From NCBI GenBank assembly GCA_002633005.1, contig NMRA01000124.1, positions 637,814-701,813 of the forward strand: a stretch of 64,000 nucleotides of DNA, read 5' to 3'. This DNA comes from Phoronis australis (taxonomy: Eukaryota > Animalia > Phoronida). Position numbers and translations under genes: made by a program. Every line of letters starts with the position of its first letter. Position 1 is the stretch's first letter. Positions 1 through 13,200 of this stretch are shown here, piece after piece. The notes under the pieces were generated by a model. It searched no databases, was not told the origin of the DNA, and saw only the letters and a list, made by a program, of their open reading frames with translations.

Positions 1-1268
1 TCGTGACATAACCCACTTTGTATTTTGTTAATTATTCTGAATCTACTTCAAAATGTTTTTATTAACGCAGTTGAATCGCATTTTGTTTTTCTTGCTTTCT
101 ACAAAAACTGTCTCGAAGCTAGAACTTTGTCAGACTTCGTCATTACGAATACTAATTCTAAGTGTGACTTTCAATTTTATCAATCATTCGTTAGTAAGAA
201 TGCAGACACTGCCTTGGCTGCGCTAATCCGCATCTCATTCACTGGTACAGTAAATATTGAACTTTGTGCTCGACCAATGGGAAATCCGCAAGTGTAGTGG
301 CCACTTTGTCCGACATACATATAAATGTATGTAATTCTATAGATAAGGCATGATGTCCAAAAACAATACTACTTTAATAGTTGCTGTACTGAAAAGTGCG
401 TTGGTTAGCGGTTTTAATTGCGTGAACGCAAGAAACTTGTGAAAATTTAAGACCACGCAAAATTACGCGAATGAAAGTTGATAGCTTTCGGAAGTATGCT
501 CTGGACCTTACCACCGTGAACTTGCAAAATGGCGGTTATTGAAGTGATTGTTCCATGGTGATTTGAATGATGTATTATGAGATACTGTTTCCGCTCCACA
601 AACGAAGATTTCTCGCCCCAAGTGCATGACGAGTTTCTTACGTTAAAGGAAAGCAGCCCTGGTTATCGGGTTTTTAAAGTAGATTTGGCTATTTAGGAAA
701 GCTAGTTTTATACAGTTAGCTCGACCAATTTTGAGACTCAGAAAATTCAGTCGGTTAATTAAACAAACACTCTTCAAAAAAAATTGAGGTTTACGCTCAA
801 AATCATTCAAAAAATAAAACATGAATGTCAAACTACTTCTTGTTCTGAAAGTCGAATGCTAATTCAGAAGCCATTTGAAGAGTGGGCGCATTCCAAATGG
901 CAAAAAACAACGGAGTTTGCCGTTTCCTAGATCCGGTCAAAGCTAATAACTTTAAGAAGTGTGTACTAATAAAAAATAACCCCCCAAAATATGTTTTTGT
1001 GCCTCAAAACCGGTTGCGTTCCTTCGAATTACTAATTGACCTTTTTCAGAACGACCGCATTCGTTAACGTGAATGTATCAAATCACTATCCGTCTTCAAG
1101 AACAAAATTAATGAAAATCCACTGCTACGTTTGCGCTATAAAAAGTACCTTAAACTCGCCGTAAACCGAAAAAGGCAAGCTTTTGATTTAAACCACTTGC
1201 CGTGCCACTAAAAACCATTCATCTTTACTCAGATTAAAACTTATTTCTGGGTTTGGGAAAAACTGACA

Positions 1269-1328
1269 GTTTGTTTAGCTCGAGGCCACGCCCTGCGACT
1301 GTTTGTTTAGCTCGAAGCCACGCCCTGC
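1269..1328. repeat. 32-bp direct tandem duplication (about 2 copies)
   Basis: gtttgtttagctcga(g/a)gccacgccctgc occurs at 1269 and again at 1301. Confidence 0.85.
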
Positions 1329-3992
1329 TCACAAAACAACACTAAGTCAATCCCCAATTCAAAGAAATCGCTTCTAATCTCAGTAAAGAACAAGTTCAGG
1401 CCAATTTTATAACGATAACTAGATAGACACCATGCGATGTTTCTAATATTATTTAGAAATTGAGCAAACGTTCAGAAATCTATGCTGTAAGTGAAATAAA
1501 AATTTTAAAAATCTTCAAAAGAAAGATTTTGACACCACACGTGACCAGCTTACAATGACACTTGAGAAGATGCAATATCATCAGTTTTCTGTCAAAATTC
1601 GCCATCAATTACATCAAGGTCGATCCATCAAGTCCTGCAGAAGTTTATAAAATTGACAGTTTCACGTGACGAAGACGGAGTTCCAAATTTCCCGAGTAAG
1701 TACAGGAAATAGGAATGTTGTTTTTTTATTAATTTTAGAACTATTGTATGATTTTGCACAAGGTTTTATTACTTAATAAATTCACCAACTAATCATACCG
1801 GGGTCCATTAAAAAGCATTTCTCCTTTGAGCATTGCTTGTTGCAGGCCTATATCTGTTGATAACTTCTAGTGGTCGACTCTTTGCAATATAGATTTTGAT
1901 GTCCTCTTTAAAACCTGCCTATTTCCGTCTTAAAGTAATAAATTCTAACATGTTCTATTTTGCAATGATCATTGGCGAAATTTTTTTGGTCACAGTCAAA
2001 ACTTAAGGTCACACGGCAATTGATAGTTCTACTATTGAAATGTGCACTATAACAGCCATGGAAAATTTTTACTGAGATCCGTTTGGTTCTCAAGGTAAAA
2101 TATCCGTGTTGTATCCCTAGTTCAATGATATCTCCCTATCTAGTCTGGTCAGAAGAGGAGGTATCCATACACTCAAAGGGTGTATTTTAACAAATATTTT
2201 TAATCCTCATGATGTCTACTTAACGATTTTATTCTAGACAAAATTTGGTCCCATGTATGTTTTTCGCCGTGATAGGGGAAACCATCAAGGAAATGTGTTT
2301 AGAACCATTGCCTTTAGGATCTATTATTGCTGGAGAGTCGCACCTACAGACTTTTCTGACTAAAGTGCGTGCGAGGAATACGATTAGTGGGGGTTTTCAT
2401 GCTAAAGGGGCGAATTTGGTGCTCTAAAGTCCATAAAATAAAAAATAAATGGTGAAAATACGCGGGGAAATGAAATGTGAGCTATCAAAATAGTAATTGA
2501 TTCCAACAACAGTTTTTTGAGATGTGGTAATCATAGCACTCGCTATCGTCATTAAAGACTCATTCCTCTCAGCACGCCGCGTGTCTCTTGCGATAACAGC
2601 TCCACGAGGTGGAGTTGAATGTAAACATAACGCACGAGTATTAGCGTGGTAGAGAACTATGTACAATAATAAGCTAACCGATTTTTACACTGCGCTCTGT
2701 GGGCACCCGACATTAAAATACAGAATTCTTTTGGGATAGCGAAAACGGCGCATGATAATGAATTCATACGTAGAGTACTTTGTAAATATTGCAGTGTTGT
2801 TTGGAAACAAAAACGTTCAAATTATTCGTAAAGTTTACTTTTATCCCTTCCGACCTCAGCTGTGCTGGTCAGTCGATGACGGTAATAATTTGCCATTTTA
2901 AAGGTTTTAATGACAATCATTTAAAAACTTGATATCAGTTTGTATCGAGGTGGACGAAACCTTGGATTCGTGCATTCAAGACACAATGGGTTTCACCAAA
3001 TTTCCAAGATGATTTCCAATATAGCGGAGAAACGAATTACGTGGGATAAAATTCAATCATTTTGGAACAAAAATCTTCCAAGAGCCACGCAGCACTAATT
3101 AAGTCAAGCTAAGTCACAAACTTCAAAAGGGTATAAAACGACACTGAGTCTTCTCGCTAACTGCCATTCGTCACGTGACTTAAACGCGTATAATTATGAA
3201 CGCTACTTCACTGTGTTAAAGCATCTACCAAAACAAGATCCAAAATAATAGTTTCAAAGACGATGCTGCACGAGGCTGTAAGTACATACCACGAGGATTT
3301 CAAAAGAAGAATATGCCCTTTGGCTAGCTTCATGGGAACCCGTGTTCCGACAAGACTAATCCTACAACCCGCCATGTTATTATTGCGTGCCCCCGCCGCA
3401 ATCTCATCTCCGCAAAAGCGCTAATGAAATTTCAAATGGTGCCTCATAAGTAAGAGGCGTTTGACCAGTAGTTATTGTATTTTTGTTAAAACTATCTATT
3501 TAGAGCACTGTGCGGAATCGATCTGGCAACAGTTTATTATGTTACCCGTATTTACACAGAGTTGACTAAATCAATGTTTTGCTTGAAATCAAATGGGCGC
3601 ACTTCATGTTGTGTATTTTCTGAAACACGAAAACTGCCATCGGGTATAATTGTTAACTTTACAGCGCCAATTTCAGAAAAGGACAGAAAGGATCAAGTCA
3701 GTGCGCAAGAATTCAAAGAAGACTTCCGCAGTTTTATCTGGTAATAACGTGAACTGGAATAAGTGTTAACATTGAGTCAAATTGACTTCACCAGCATTAA
3801 ATCTAGTTTGAATCTACGCAATTGCGCTTATCGAGTGTATTACACCTATAATGACCGCAATGAGCAAAAATCATGTAATTAATGGTGTTTTATTTTATCT
3901 AAATCGTATGTTAATGATTTCATACATACGTAAGCCTTATACACCCATACGCACGTAGACTTACACAAAGCGGGCAATACACACTATCATAA

Positions 3993-4067
3993 ACACACAT
4001 GCACATACACGCACACACATGCATTCACGCGCACACATGCATTCACGTGCACATGCATGTGTGTGTG
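3993..4067. repeat. Degenerate (CA)n/(CACATG)n microsatellite
   Basis: Runs of acacacatgcac/gcacacatgcattcac ending in tgtgtgtgtg. Confidence 0.75.
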
Positions 4068-5449
4068 AGAACATAGGTCTACGCAGACATCACAATGTGC
4101 TCAAAGGTTACGGGAATTATGTTCCAAGCAAACAGACATGAGGTGTCGCACATGGAATTTCGTGTCAACGCAATACCTGGGTAACGGAGCTTGAATTAAT
4201 TAAATCACTGAGACGAGTTTGAAAGCTTGCGGCCTTTATGTGTTTTATTCTTTAGAAATGTAATAGAAATACAATCATGTCATGTGTGATTCCCAAATCA
4301 AACATTTTAAACACGCCACTGTTGAAATCGATCACGACACCCTGAGGCCTATTTACTTTAATACCAATTAAGGGAACGATCTCTAATTAGGTTGTTCCAA
4401 ACAAACGTCGAAGACTGAATCTATGAAGATTATTCTCTCGAGATTTAAGAGCACGCCGTCTGGTTTGTGCTTCAAAACAGAAAAGGTAGAGTGACCATCA
4501 CTGGAATCAATCGTGCCTAACATGAAAGGCAACACATTGTTCGTATACAAATAGCTTGTTATTCAGAAAAATGACTCCGAACAAGGACTTAGTGTTCCTA
4601 AATAAGAAGTCAATCGTTCCCACACGTGCCGTCTCGTGTTACGGTTTCAATACTGCATTCAGGTTCCGTGTCTAGGTTCCCACACTTGAGAAAATGTGAC
4701 TACACGCGTCGGCTAAGTGTACGGTGTTTTATAAAATTTTCTTCACATCCTAAACTATACCCTTCAGTTGAATTATTCATGGAATTAGTCAAAATCTGGC
4801 GATATCTCGCAAACTATTCAGAATAATTTCGCAAATAACACACGACCTTGCACGCTTCGTGCGCAACATTTGGCGGGAAGTAGGCCTGAGGACTTTACAA
4901 AGCTGTACTCTCTACTTCACCTTGAAATCCGACGAGATCTCGCGATGTCACTCTCTAGCTTGTTTTGAATAAATTCGAAAATAGCAGACGACATTACACG
5001 AAACATAGGCGACATTCCCCTGAAACCAGTCATAAGACAAGCTTTTGGTAGCCATTACAGTGTGTCTTTACAAAGAGTTAGTAATGATCAGTGGCATACA
5101 TATACCTGTCTATCTCATTAAGATAGTTCTATGTTGTTAAATACACACCAAGCGGTAATGAGTTTCTCGATAATTAACTTCTCATCTATTCGGTGACCTG
5201 GTTGGAGAGTTAACCTCGGACAGTTTAACATACGAAGCTAACATTTATGACCACCTCGAGTTGGCGAATTACATCTTCCCTTTGACTTACTATCATTAAA
5301 ATAAAAAAATCGACTTGCTAAATGATTATAATCAGCACTAGCCACAAAACAAATTATTTTCCGCCAGTGCTTACACAAAACGATTGCGATGGCTTGACGA
5401 AGGCAATAAGAAAATCACTGTCGTTATAAATTAGCAACTTAAGGTAGAT

Positions 5450-6015
5450 CACATTTAAAGACGACTAAAACTCTTAACGACAATCCATGATAAGAGTTTA
5501 GTTATAGTATTGGCTCGTTCGGAATCAGCGGTGAATACAACAATGACCAACTCAAACTGACTTAATGCTTGTATTAATGAGCTTAACAAGTTTGTAATGG
5601 AAAGGACTGTCAATGTACACTGGGTCAGGGCCCATATGGGAATTGACGGCAAGGAAAATGCAGACAGAATTGCAAAGATAGGAGCTAGCGTTCTGCGTTG
5701 TGGGCCTGAACCTGCTATCCCGATATCTTACGGATGTTGCAGGATGAGTATACGCAACTGGGTACATACCCAGTCAGTGGCTCAGAGGGCATCGCTTTAA
5801 AACTCTTGCAGAGAAATCAAGAAGTTTCCCATGGTGATCAAACAAAAAGGTTTAAAAAACCCTTCTGAGTCATGGCAGGTTAGACATAAGACAAGTCGCT
5901 TAAATTTTAACAGGTCACTGTAACCTAACGCGACACATGCACATCACTGCCCATGTGGGAAGCCCACTGTGTCCTGGGTGTGGTAGTGACGATGAAACCC
6001 CTAAACATCTGATAG
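5450..6015 (+). mobile_element. Decayed non-LTR retrotransposon ORF2 fragment: RNase H C-terminal half plus CCHC zinc knuckle (I-group, LOA/Lian-like)
   Basis: Translation gives ..VNVHWVRAHMGIDGKENADRIAKIGA..GPEPAIPIS.., matching the RNase H WVxxHxGxxGNExADxLA motif. After stops and frameshifts it continues ILTGHCNLTRHMH..SPLCPGCGSDDETPKHL (CxxC..E..H knuckle). Confidence 0.85.
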
Positions 6016-8317
6016 AGTCTTCTTCACTAGATGGCACCGTACATAACTACAATATGTATCGCATGACAACAAACGGTTAAACATGTCCATTTTCTGAAAA
6101 GAAACATGAAGATTTGAAAACTTCTTTCACGAAGAACCTGTTCATCGATAACATAGCTCCCGTGATTGAGTTTTAGCTCAAGGGTTTCGTGCATTGGGCC
6201 AAACTACGAGGCCTGCGCATGTCTGATTCTCCGAAAAATACGCCAGTTCGCCTGTAATCTTTCGTCATAAAATGCAACGTCAGTGGTTTGCTACCTAACA
6301 GTTGTTCTGAATTTTCGTGTGTTTCGTTTTAACACAAAATTTTGAAACTAACCTTCTTGATTTCCATCAAAAAATATTTTATCCTAATTACAAATCCATA
6401 AAGTGCTTTCGGGGAAATACTGAGATCCTTGTAACTGGGGTCTAATAGTGTCACTCAACCTCTCAATCGGAACGCTGCCAACTCTGTGACTGGTGCAGAC
6501 TGTATTATGTCAGAAAATAAATTTTATGATGACAAATGAACATCTCATCAAACTTTGCGTCTTGTAGGTTCCATGTTCTTTTCTGAAAAACGCGGATACT
6601 TGTTTTTACTTAAAGTCTTCCTTAAACCGACTTTTGTTATTTTAGATGTGTTCGTCTGTTCAGATTTTCCCAACAATACTTTTGCAATATAACAACACAC
6701 GATTTAATCACTCAAATGTATCCACGTCAAATGATCCGTGAAGTAGCCCTTTCGTTACCAAAAACTATGAAAAGCTGAAAGTAAGTTGTATGTAATAAAA
6801 TTTTGAATATAACACCATATAAGGATTCTCGCGGTGACGTAGACGGAAGAATTTAAATAATATACTGAGCCTAACCGTTCATTACTTTTGAGAGTTTATG
6901 GTATTGGTGTACCAGGGAGTGATGCTCGGCATAGCGTTATCATTCAAGGTAGGCTTATTTCATCACTCATGGAAACGATTTGAAATTCAAAATTTGAGGC
7001 GTCATCTACGAGCATTTTTTTCGCTTGATTTTATTCACGTGTAGCTTTTAATCAAACGTATTTGCATAATCTTTTCCAGGACAAGTGTCTGTCGTAAAGT
7101 AAACGTCGATGTAAGCCTCTGCGCTATGGGTTGTAAGTCCCGCTTTGTTTTTAAGAGTTAACATGTATTAATCAATATTTACTGTGGTGCCTCATTTTCA
7201 TATTCATTTACATTTAACGTACACACGTGCATATTCTGTGCTGTAGCGTCAATTAATATGGGTTTTCTACTGATCAGTCGCTTTTGTTTTGGGACAACTT
7301 ATCGCTACTAATTGTTTACCTATTGTCTAAGAACAATAACGTAGACCCAGCCTATGCAGACTGTTGCAAGGATGACATAACTCTTTGAATAGTCATCTGA
7401 CGCATCTCAGCTGAAGCTGGCGTCGGGTTTTCTTAGTGACCCTGGTGTGCAGTCGCCCGTCACACTGTGACGATTTGGTTTGGCGCATGCGAGCAATCGG
7501 GAAATTTTTGCATTCATAGTTGGAATGCGCTGACGTTTGTGTCTTTGAATGCGCTGTCCATCCCTCCGTGAAATTATTTGTCGAGAAATTTGAGCGGGTT
7601 ATGTATATTCATTGTATTCTGAAGATTTCGTAATAAACATAAAAAAGAGAAATTTGAGCGTTTACATGGTTTCGCAATTCATTTACGGTCGCTTCTCGAA
7701 TTCCTTATGTTGGAAACTCGTCGGTTGTCTGGTTAACAACTCGAAAACGAAGCCACTTAGTTGGATTTTTTACTAATGTAAGTTGAGATCTTATTTGTAT
7801 GCTTATTTCAACATTTTACGTTGCCTTTTATTTCTCTCATTCTCCGTATTTTTCTGAGAAAATATTTACTTAACTGCTGCTCAATAAATTCAATTACTCG
7901 TTGTTTCTGTTTGGATAACCTTTATGAAATTCTGAGATACGCATACTAATCAGATCGTAATGGTCTCGTTTTCTAGTTGTTCACCAGGGTTGGGTTATAT
8001 AAAACTTCTTAACTTATCCGCTGGATAATCTGATTGTTGCATGACGTCACGTGAATTGGACAATAATATCCACGTACCGTGTGATAATGTGACGTCACTG
8101 TTGCTAACCAGCGTTTTACCTTTACGCAATCGGGCAATGACATAGTGTAATGCTAATAAAAACTAGATACAAAACAATTCAGCGAATTGGAAAAACTCTG
8201 ATACCACTGAACGCACCCGTCCTCTACCACGCAACAATACAATGTTTCAAAGTATCAAAAATGTGCCATACGCATATTGAACAGAACATGAAAAGAATCC
8301 TGCGTTGTCACACTCAC

Positions 8318-8446
8318 CGGTAAAGATTGAGCAACTCGACTGCAATGATCAAAGACACTATTAGTTGTAGGTAATTACATCGCATCTGGACGCCTCGGGC
8401 TGCTGATGTTATCGTTCTCTTGATAATCAGACCCATCATAAATACA
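8318..8446 (-). CDS. Putative isolated coding exon (signal-peptide or membrane-anchor-like) of an unidentified - strand gene continuing leftwards
   Basis: On the minus strand the acceptor is tttgtctcccccag| at 8446 and the donor is cg|gtgagt at 8318. The open frame from ATG 8439 reads MMGLIIKRTITSAARGVQMRCNYLQLIVSLIIAVELLNLY(R). No homology recognised. Confidence 0.35.
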
Positions 8447-9289
8447 CTGGGGGAGACAAAGGTATCGTTTCGTTTCGAAAGCTTTTACGTCCTGTTTTGA
8501 GTGAGTCAGTCCGATTTGGAGGACCGGCGGTCACGTTGTTTCTCACCCGTGTAAATAGTATATTTGAATTGTTTGTGAAAAGTACACGTGGTTACTAGGA
8601 TTTGAATTTTGAAAATCGGACAAGAAATGTGACTCTTACACTCTAAAACGCTTGAACAATGTTGTCAACATTCTGCCTCTCATTAATTCGGTTGGGTGTG
8701 CAACATGGGCCAATTACGAAACCAGCAGGCAGCAGTTGGATTTTGAGGTAAGCCAAGTGTCGTCGTACAATTCTTGGCATGAACATGCCCAGCAAGCCAT
8801 TGTAGCAACAACTGACAGAGCTAATCCATTCACAGAGATTTGCACCATACCGTAGATGCAAAATACTCGATAGTAAAGCTATAGTATGACAACTCCCTTC
8901 GCTTGTTGGCTCATCTCGCGAAGACAGCGTCATCTGACATTTTCTACGAAACGCAGCCATGCTGATTCTGCGGTCGTCTCGAGAGGTAGGAATACCTTCT
9001 CATGCCGGATTAACTCAACACTCATTCAGCGGTAGATTCAGTAGTAGTTTAAACAAACAGTCGTCTGTTTATTGATATCTAAATCAATAAACTTACCAAT
9101 TCGGTAGTTTATCGTGGCTGAAACCGAGGGTATCCACAACTGTCGTTGTGAAAAACCTATGATTATGACTCTAACTACATATCATATTACTCGTGCTATT
9201 ATTTTCGTTATTTTGAGCAATTTAACCGGAGATAACAAAGAGATAACACGCCGTTTGGCATTAATCGATGTCATATCACGGGTGCTGAA

Positions 9290-9566
9290 CTGGGGCGGAT
9301 CCAGGATTTTGAGTTTGGGGGGCAGGGCACAGGAATAACCAGAATTTCGGCAGATGTGCGCGGCCAGCCTCACATGTGGGGATGCAGGGCCTCGAATTTT
9401 AGGGTTTGCGTACCTGTTGACTGAAAAAGCGGCGAACGGATTTCTTCAGGGCCTATGCATCGTTTATTCACTCCCCTGGTTGCGCGCATGTACTAGTCGG
9501 CAATTCACACGCAAACTCCCAAATGGTATCTGATAGAATTTTAGCCCCCCCCCCCATCCGCCACTG
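9290..9566. mobile_element. MITE with C(A/T)G(G/T)GGCGGAT TIRs and 5-bp TSD (hAT5-like, inferred)
   Basis: Ends are ctggggcggatcc...atccgccactg. TSD ctgaa at 9285-9289 and 9567-9571. The left end is the reverse complement of the right ends of the copies at 27819 and 63680. Confidence 0.85.
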
Positions 9567-9664
9567 CTGAAAAAGAACGTACCAATTCGTTTGACATTTC
9601 GTTTTGATATTCTTCCGGATATTTGTAAATATGTGCACTTTAATGTACATCATGGTCAAATTTA

Positions 9665-9703
9665 TGTAATGTGGGCCGGAAGCTTAGTTACAAACGAAAT
9701 AAA
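9665..9703 (+). mobile_element. 3' terminus of a non-LTR retrotransposon (same family as 18688-19165)
   Basis: tgtaatgtgggccggaagcttagttacaaacgaaataaa aligns with tgtaatgtgggccagaggcctgttacatgaaataaa at 19130-19165. Confidence 0.6.
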
Positions 9704-10014
9704 TACATACATACATACATATTCATACATATTCATACATACATACATTGATACATGCATATATACATTGATACATACATACATACATACATACTTACAT
9801 ACTTACATACATACATACACACATACATACTTACTAACATACATACATACATACACACATACATACTTACTAACATACAAACATACATACATACATACAC
9901 ACATACATACTTACTAACATACATACATACATACATACTAACATACATACATACATACACACATACATACTTACTAACATACATACATACATACATACAT
10001 ACCTACTTACTTAC

Positions 10015-10045
<31 letters not shown>

Positions 10046-10168
10046 CATACTTACTAACATACATACATACATACAAACATACATACTTACATACATACAT
10101 ACATACTCACGTACATACATACATACATACTTACGTACATACATACATACATACACAAAATACATACA

Positions 10169-10204
<36 letters not shown>
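9704..10204. repeat. Compound microsatellite: (TACA)n of about 470 bp with recurring TTACTAAC variants, then (TA)n
   Basis: Direct reading: TACA array 9704-10170 and TA run 10172-10204. It explains the YIHT/MYVC ORFs in the track. Confidence 0.97.
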
Positions 10205-10207
<3 letters not shown>

Positions 10208-13200
10208 GCAGTACACACACATTTCCAAGAGTTTTGAATATAGCTCTGAATATTCATGCAAGTAAGTGAATGCACGTGCAAGTTTTGCAGTCCCAGAACT
10301 GACGTGACTCGGCCCTGCCTTCCATTAAAAGATCATGGAAGGCACGATTGTAATTTCTACAGAATTCAGCGCTTCAAACGGAATTTTAAAGATTTAAAAA
10401 CTACTTTCACGCAAACAAGACACCGGTGAGCTTTAGAAATGATAAGGCGCTATTATATGGGCGGAACATGCAGATGGCATTGACGTTTAACAGGCCCACG
10501 CCCGCGTGCAGTTGCCAACATGATCTATTTTCATTTCATTCTGTCACGGCAGTGAAAAACTCCATGTGAAAAGTATAAGGGTTAATGATCCTTATAACGC
10601 AAATACCACTATGTTGTGCTGTCTGTGTTACCAGCAGTTGTTACGGAGGATTTTGTAGGGTTGGGAGACATGATCAATGATTCGTAGGGCAACAGATGTG
10701 AATACGAGAGGAGTGGCTACGGGTAGTGTAGAGTTTGACCTAACTGAATATGTGTGTGCCCTTCAATAAGTTTTGTCTGAGATGTTTTAATACGAGCCCT
10801 ACAGGGAGGTACAAATTTGTGATTAGTGGACATTCAAAACTGCCTCCGTCGTCACGGCGTTTTTTCTCCTCCTCCATCCCCTTACAGTCTTGATCCCCCG
10901 TCCCTGTTTAAATTCAATGTCAACATGCTTTATAAAATCACATCTGTTTTCATTTCTACCTTTGATAGTTCTAAAGGCCCTATTTATGTGCCTAATTATA
11001 TGAAAATTGTTTGAGACGGCCTCACCTTCGTGGCATGTGTTTACCGTCCGCTTTCAGGGCAGGAGTCCAATAAAATTTACCTAAGACTTGACACCTAAAT
11101 TTTTCAATCGCGGAACGCGCTTCGGGTAAACTTTCACAATTCTCGTGTTATGACTGGTCAATTTTTCGAGTACTAAGTCTTGCTGGCTGGTCACTGGCCC
11201 AAGTCTTTTTCTACTCGACACTTAAATTTTTATCGTCCTGAGTTTAGAACAGCGACTTTTTCAATGTTTAAGCAGTTTTGCACATCAATTAATGGGAAAA
11301 TAGTATAGGTTTTTATTTACTCTCAAACGGATTAGATACAAAATTCAAAAATAAAGGTGGGCATTGTTTTAAAGGGGGTATATTCAGACCATTACAGTTA
11401 GAAAATATTGATCAATGCAAAAACAGCACTTTTCACAAAAATCACTGTCACGCGATTGCAAATGATTGATTGGCGTTTTTGGGAGTGGATTTTAAATTTA
11501 CATTCAGTCACTGAGGTGGTGATCGAATCCTTATCATGGTACGCAGAACACAAACGAACCCCCTGTAGGACATCCACGCGTTAACACTCCTCAAAAATTT
11601 ACCACTCACTGCAGATCTGTTGCCACACGCATAGAATCTTGCGGTGGTTGCTATGTTTGCCTCTGTGTGCGTGGTAGCTCAGATTCTGTGGAAAGGGTTC
11701 TTTGTGTTAAAGTAAGTGTCCGTGAAGTGCATGACAAGAGCAATGTGCGAGTGGCACAGTGGTAAGGGTCCCGCTAAGTGGATAGAGTCGTTAAGGGTTC
11801 AAAAGTGTAATGTGACGGCAATGAAAATTAGTAGACAAAACATGAATGTAGCTGACAAATGTTGACGGTTATTTGAACTACTGGAAAGCGAACCTCCGGC
11901 GGGAATGCGTTCGCACCCGTCGCAACTCTTTGGCTAAAGGTACGCAAAGAACTCCCTCTGAAAAAGACTCAGGGAGCTCTCTTATATCTTTCTTCATGAC
12001 ACGTGATTCTCATGGCCCTACCGACTTATAAACGAGGCACTTTAGGCAAAATGATGTTTAACTTTTCGAAGTTATCAGGGCACTGGATACACGTATCTAT
12101 TGCTATTCAACTTACAGGTTTTTGGTAGGTTTAACACCATTATACCTTTCGTTTAACATTGCTTTTATAAAGCAGTTTAACTGGAACTCGTTAACAAAAT
12201 TCTGAAATAGGCTCGCGAGATCCCTCTCGGCCTTCTTTTCGTTGAAAACAACAGCAAAGTTGCTCGATTGATTTTAATCAATTAAAAATGAGCATCAGTG
12301 CAGAGATAACGTGGACATTGAATGCGCTTGCAAAAAACGAATAAAAACGATCAACTCTCGGTCAGCACACCCGTTAATTAAAGTGGTCAATATTACGGGT
12401 GAACAGACAGGTGTAGGACTATGCATTGATTTTGTCACCCAAAGTAATTATTTCTAAAATTGTTCATAAAGAACCTTTCTTGAAATCTCCCTGGTGGCTT
12501 CCAGTCAGTTGTCGCTGCATGAAGGCGACTGATTTTAGTCAACACCACGTTTACATGAACGCAAAAGTTGACGTTCTGAACAACGCGTAGGGAGCGAGTG
12601 CCAACGTAGCCTCGCACTGGACGAAGTGCTCGCGAACCCCAACATGCATGTAAACCTGTAGATTTAAAGCCGGGTCATTAGTCTCCTTTCCTTTTATTAC
12701 AAAAGCAATAATCACCACGCTAAATTCGTTACCTGACAGTCTAACACCTTACCTTTGCACAAGCCATCGCCAGGGTCTGTGTTTCATAGGCAGTTGATTT
12801 CGCCGCGTGTAGACTCCAATTTTCAACGCTCTCCCAAGAACTAATCAATTGGCAGTCACTATCAATGACGACCGAGGAACACATTAACGAGTGAGCTTTC
12901 GATTTTTTTTAATCTCGCTCTCGTATGATGAATATAATGAGACGAGCCAATTGTGCACATAACTCAGTTGCCAATTGCCCTCGCTGAGTGCATTGTGGCG
13001 AGTATAATTTGTCAAGGTGCCCTGTTCGCGAGTTTATTCGTAACGCATGCGGGCGCTCAACGAATAACTAAAAAAGGCCGATCGGATTGATCCCGCTTCC
13101 TCAAGCGTTGTTGGCGCTGGCAGAGTGGTTTCATCGCTTTATATATCAAATGTGTTCCTCTACTAAACTCACATGTTCTCTTTGTTCTGTCTCTGGTTCG

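Noticed and set aside
8643-8960. 105-aa - strand ORF
   Set aside because: No recognisable domain or convincing splice context; chance ORF length.
9591-10281. ORFs rich in YIHT/MYVC repeats
   Set aside because: They are translations of the (TACA)n/(TA)n microsatellite.
11748-11805. tRNA/SINE-like A-box and B-box (tggcacagtggt..gggttcaaa); similar at about 54085-54110
   Set aside because: No cloverleaf can be folded; at most a highly decayed SINE head.
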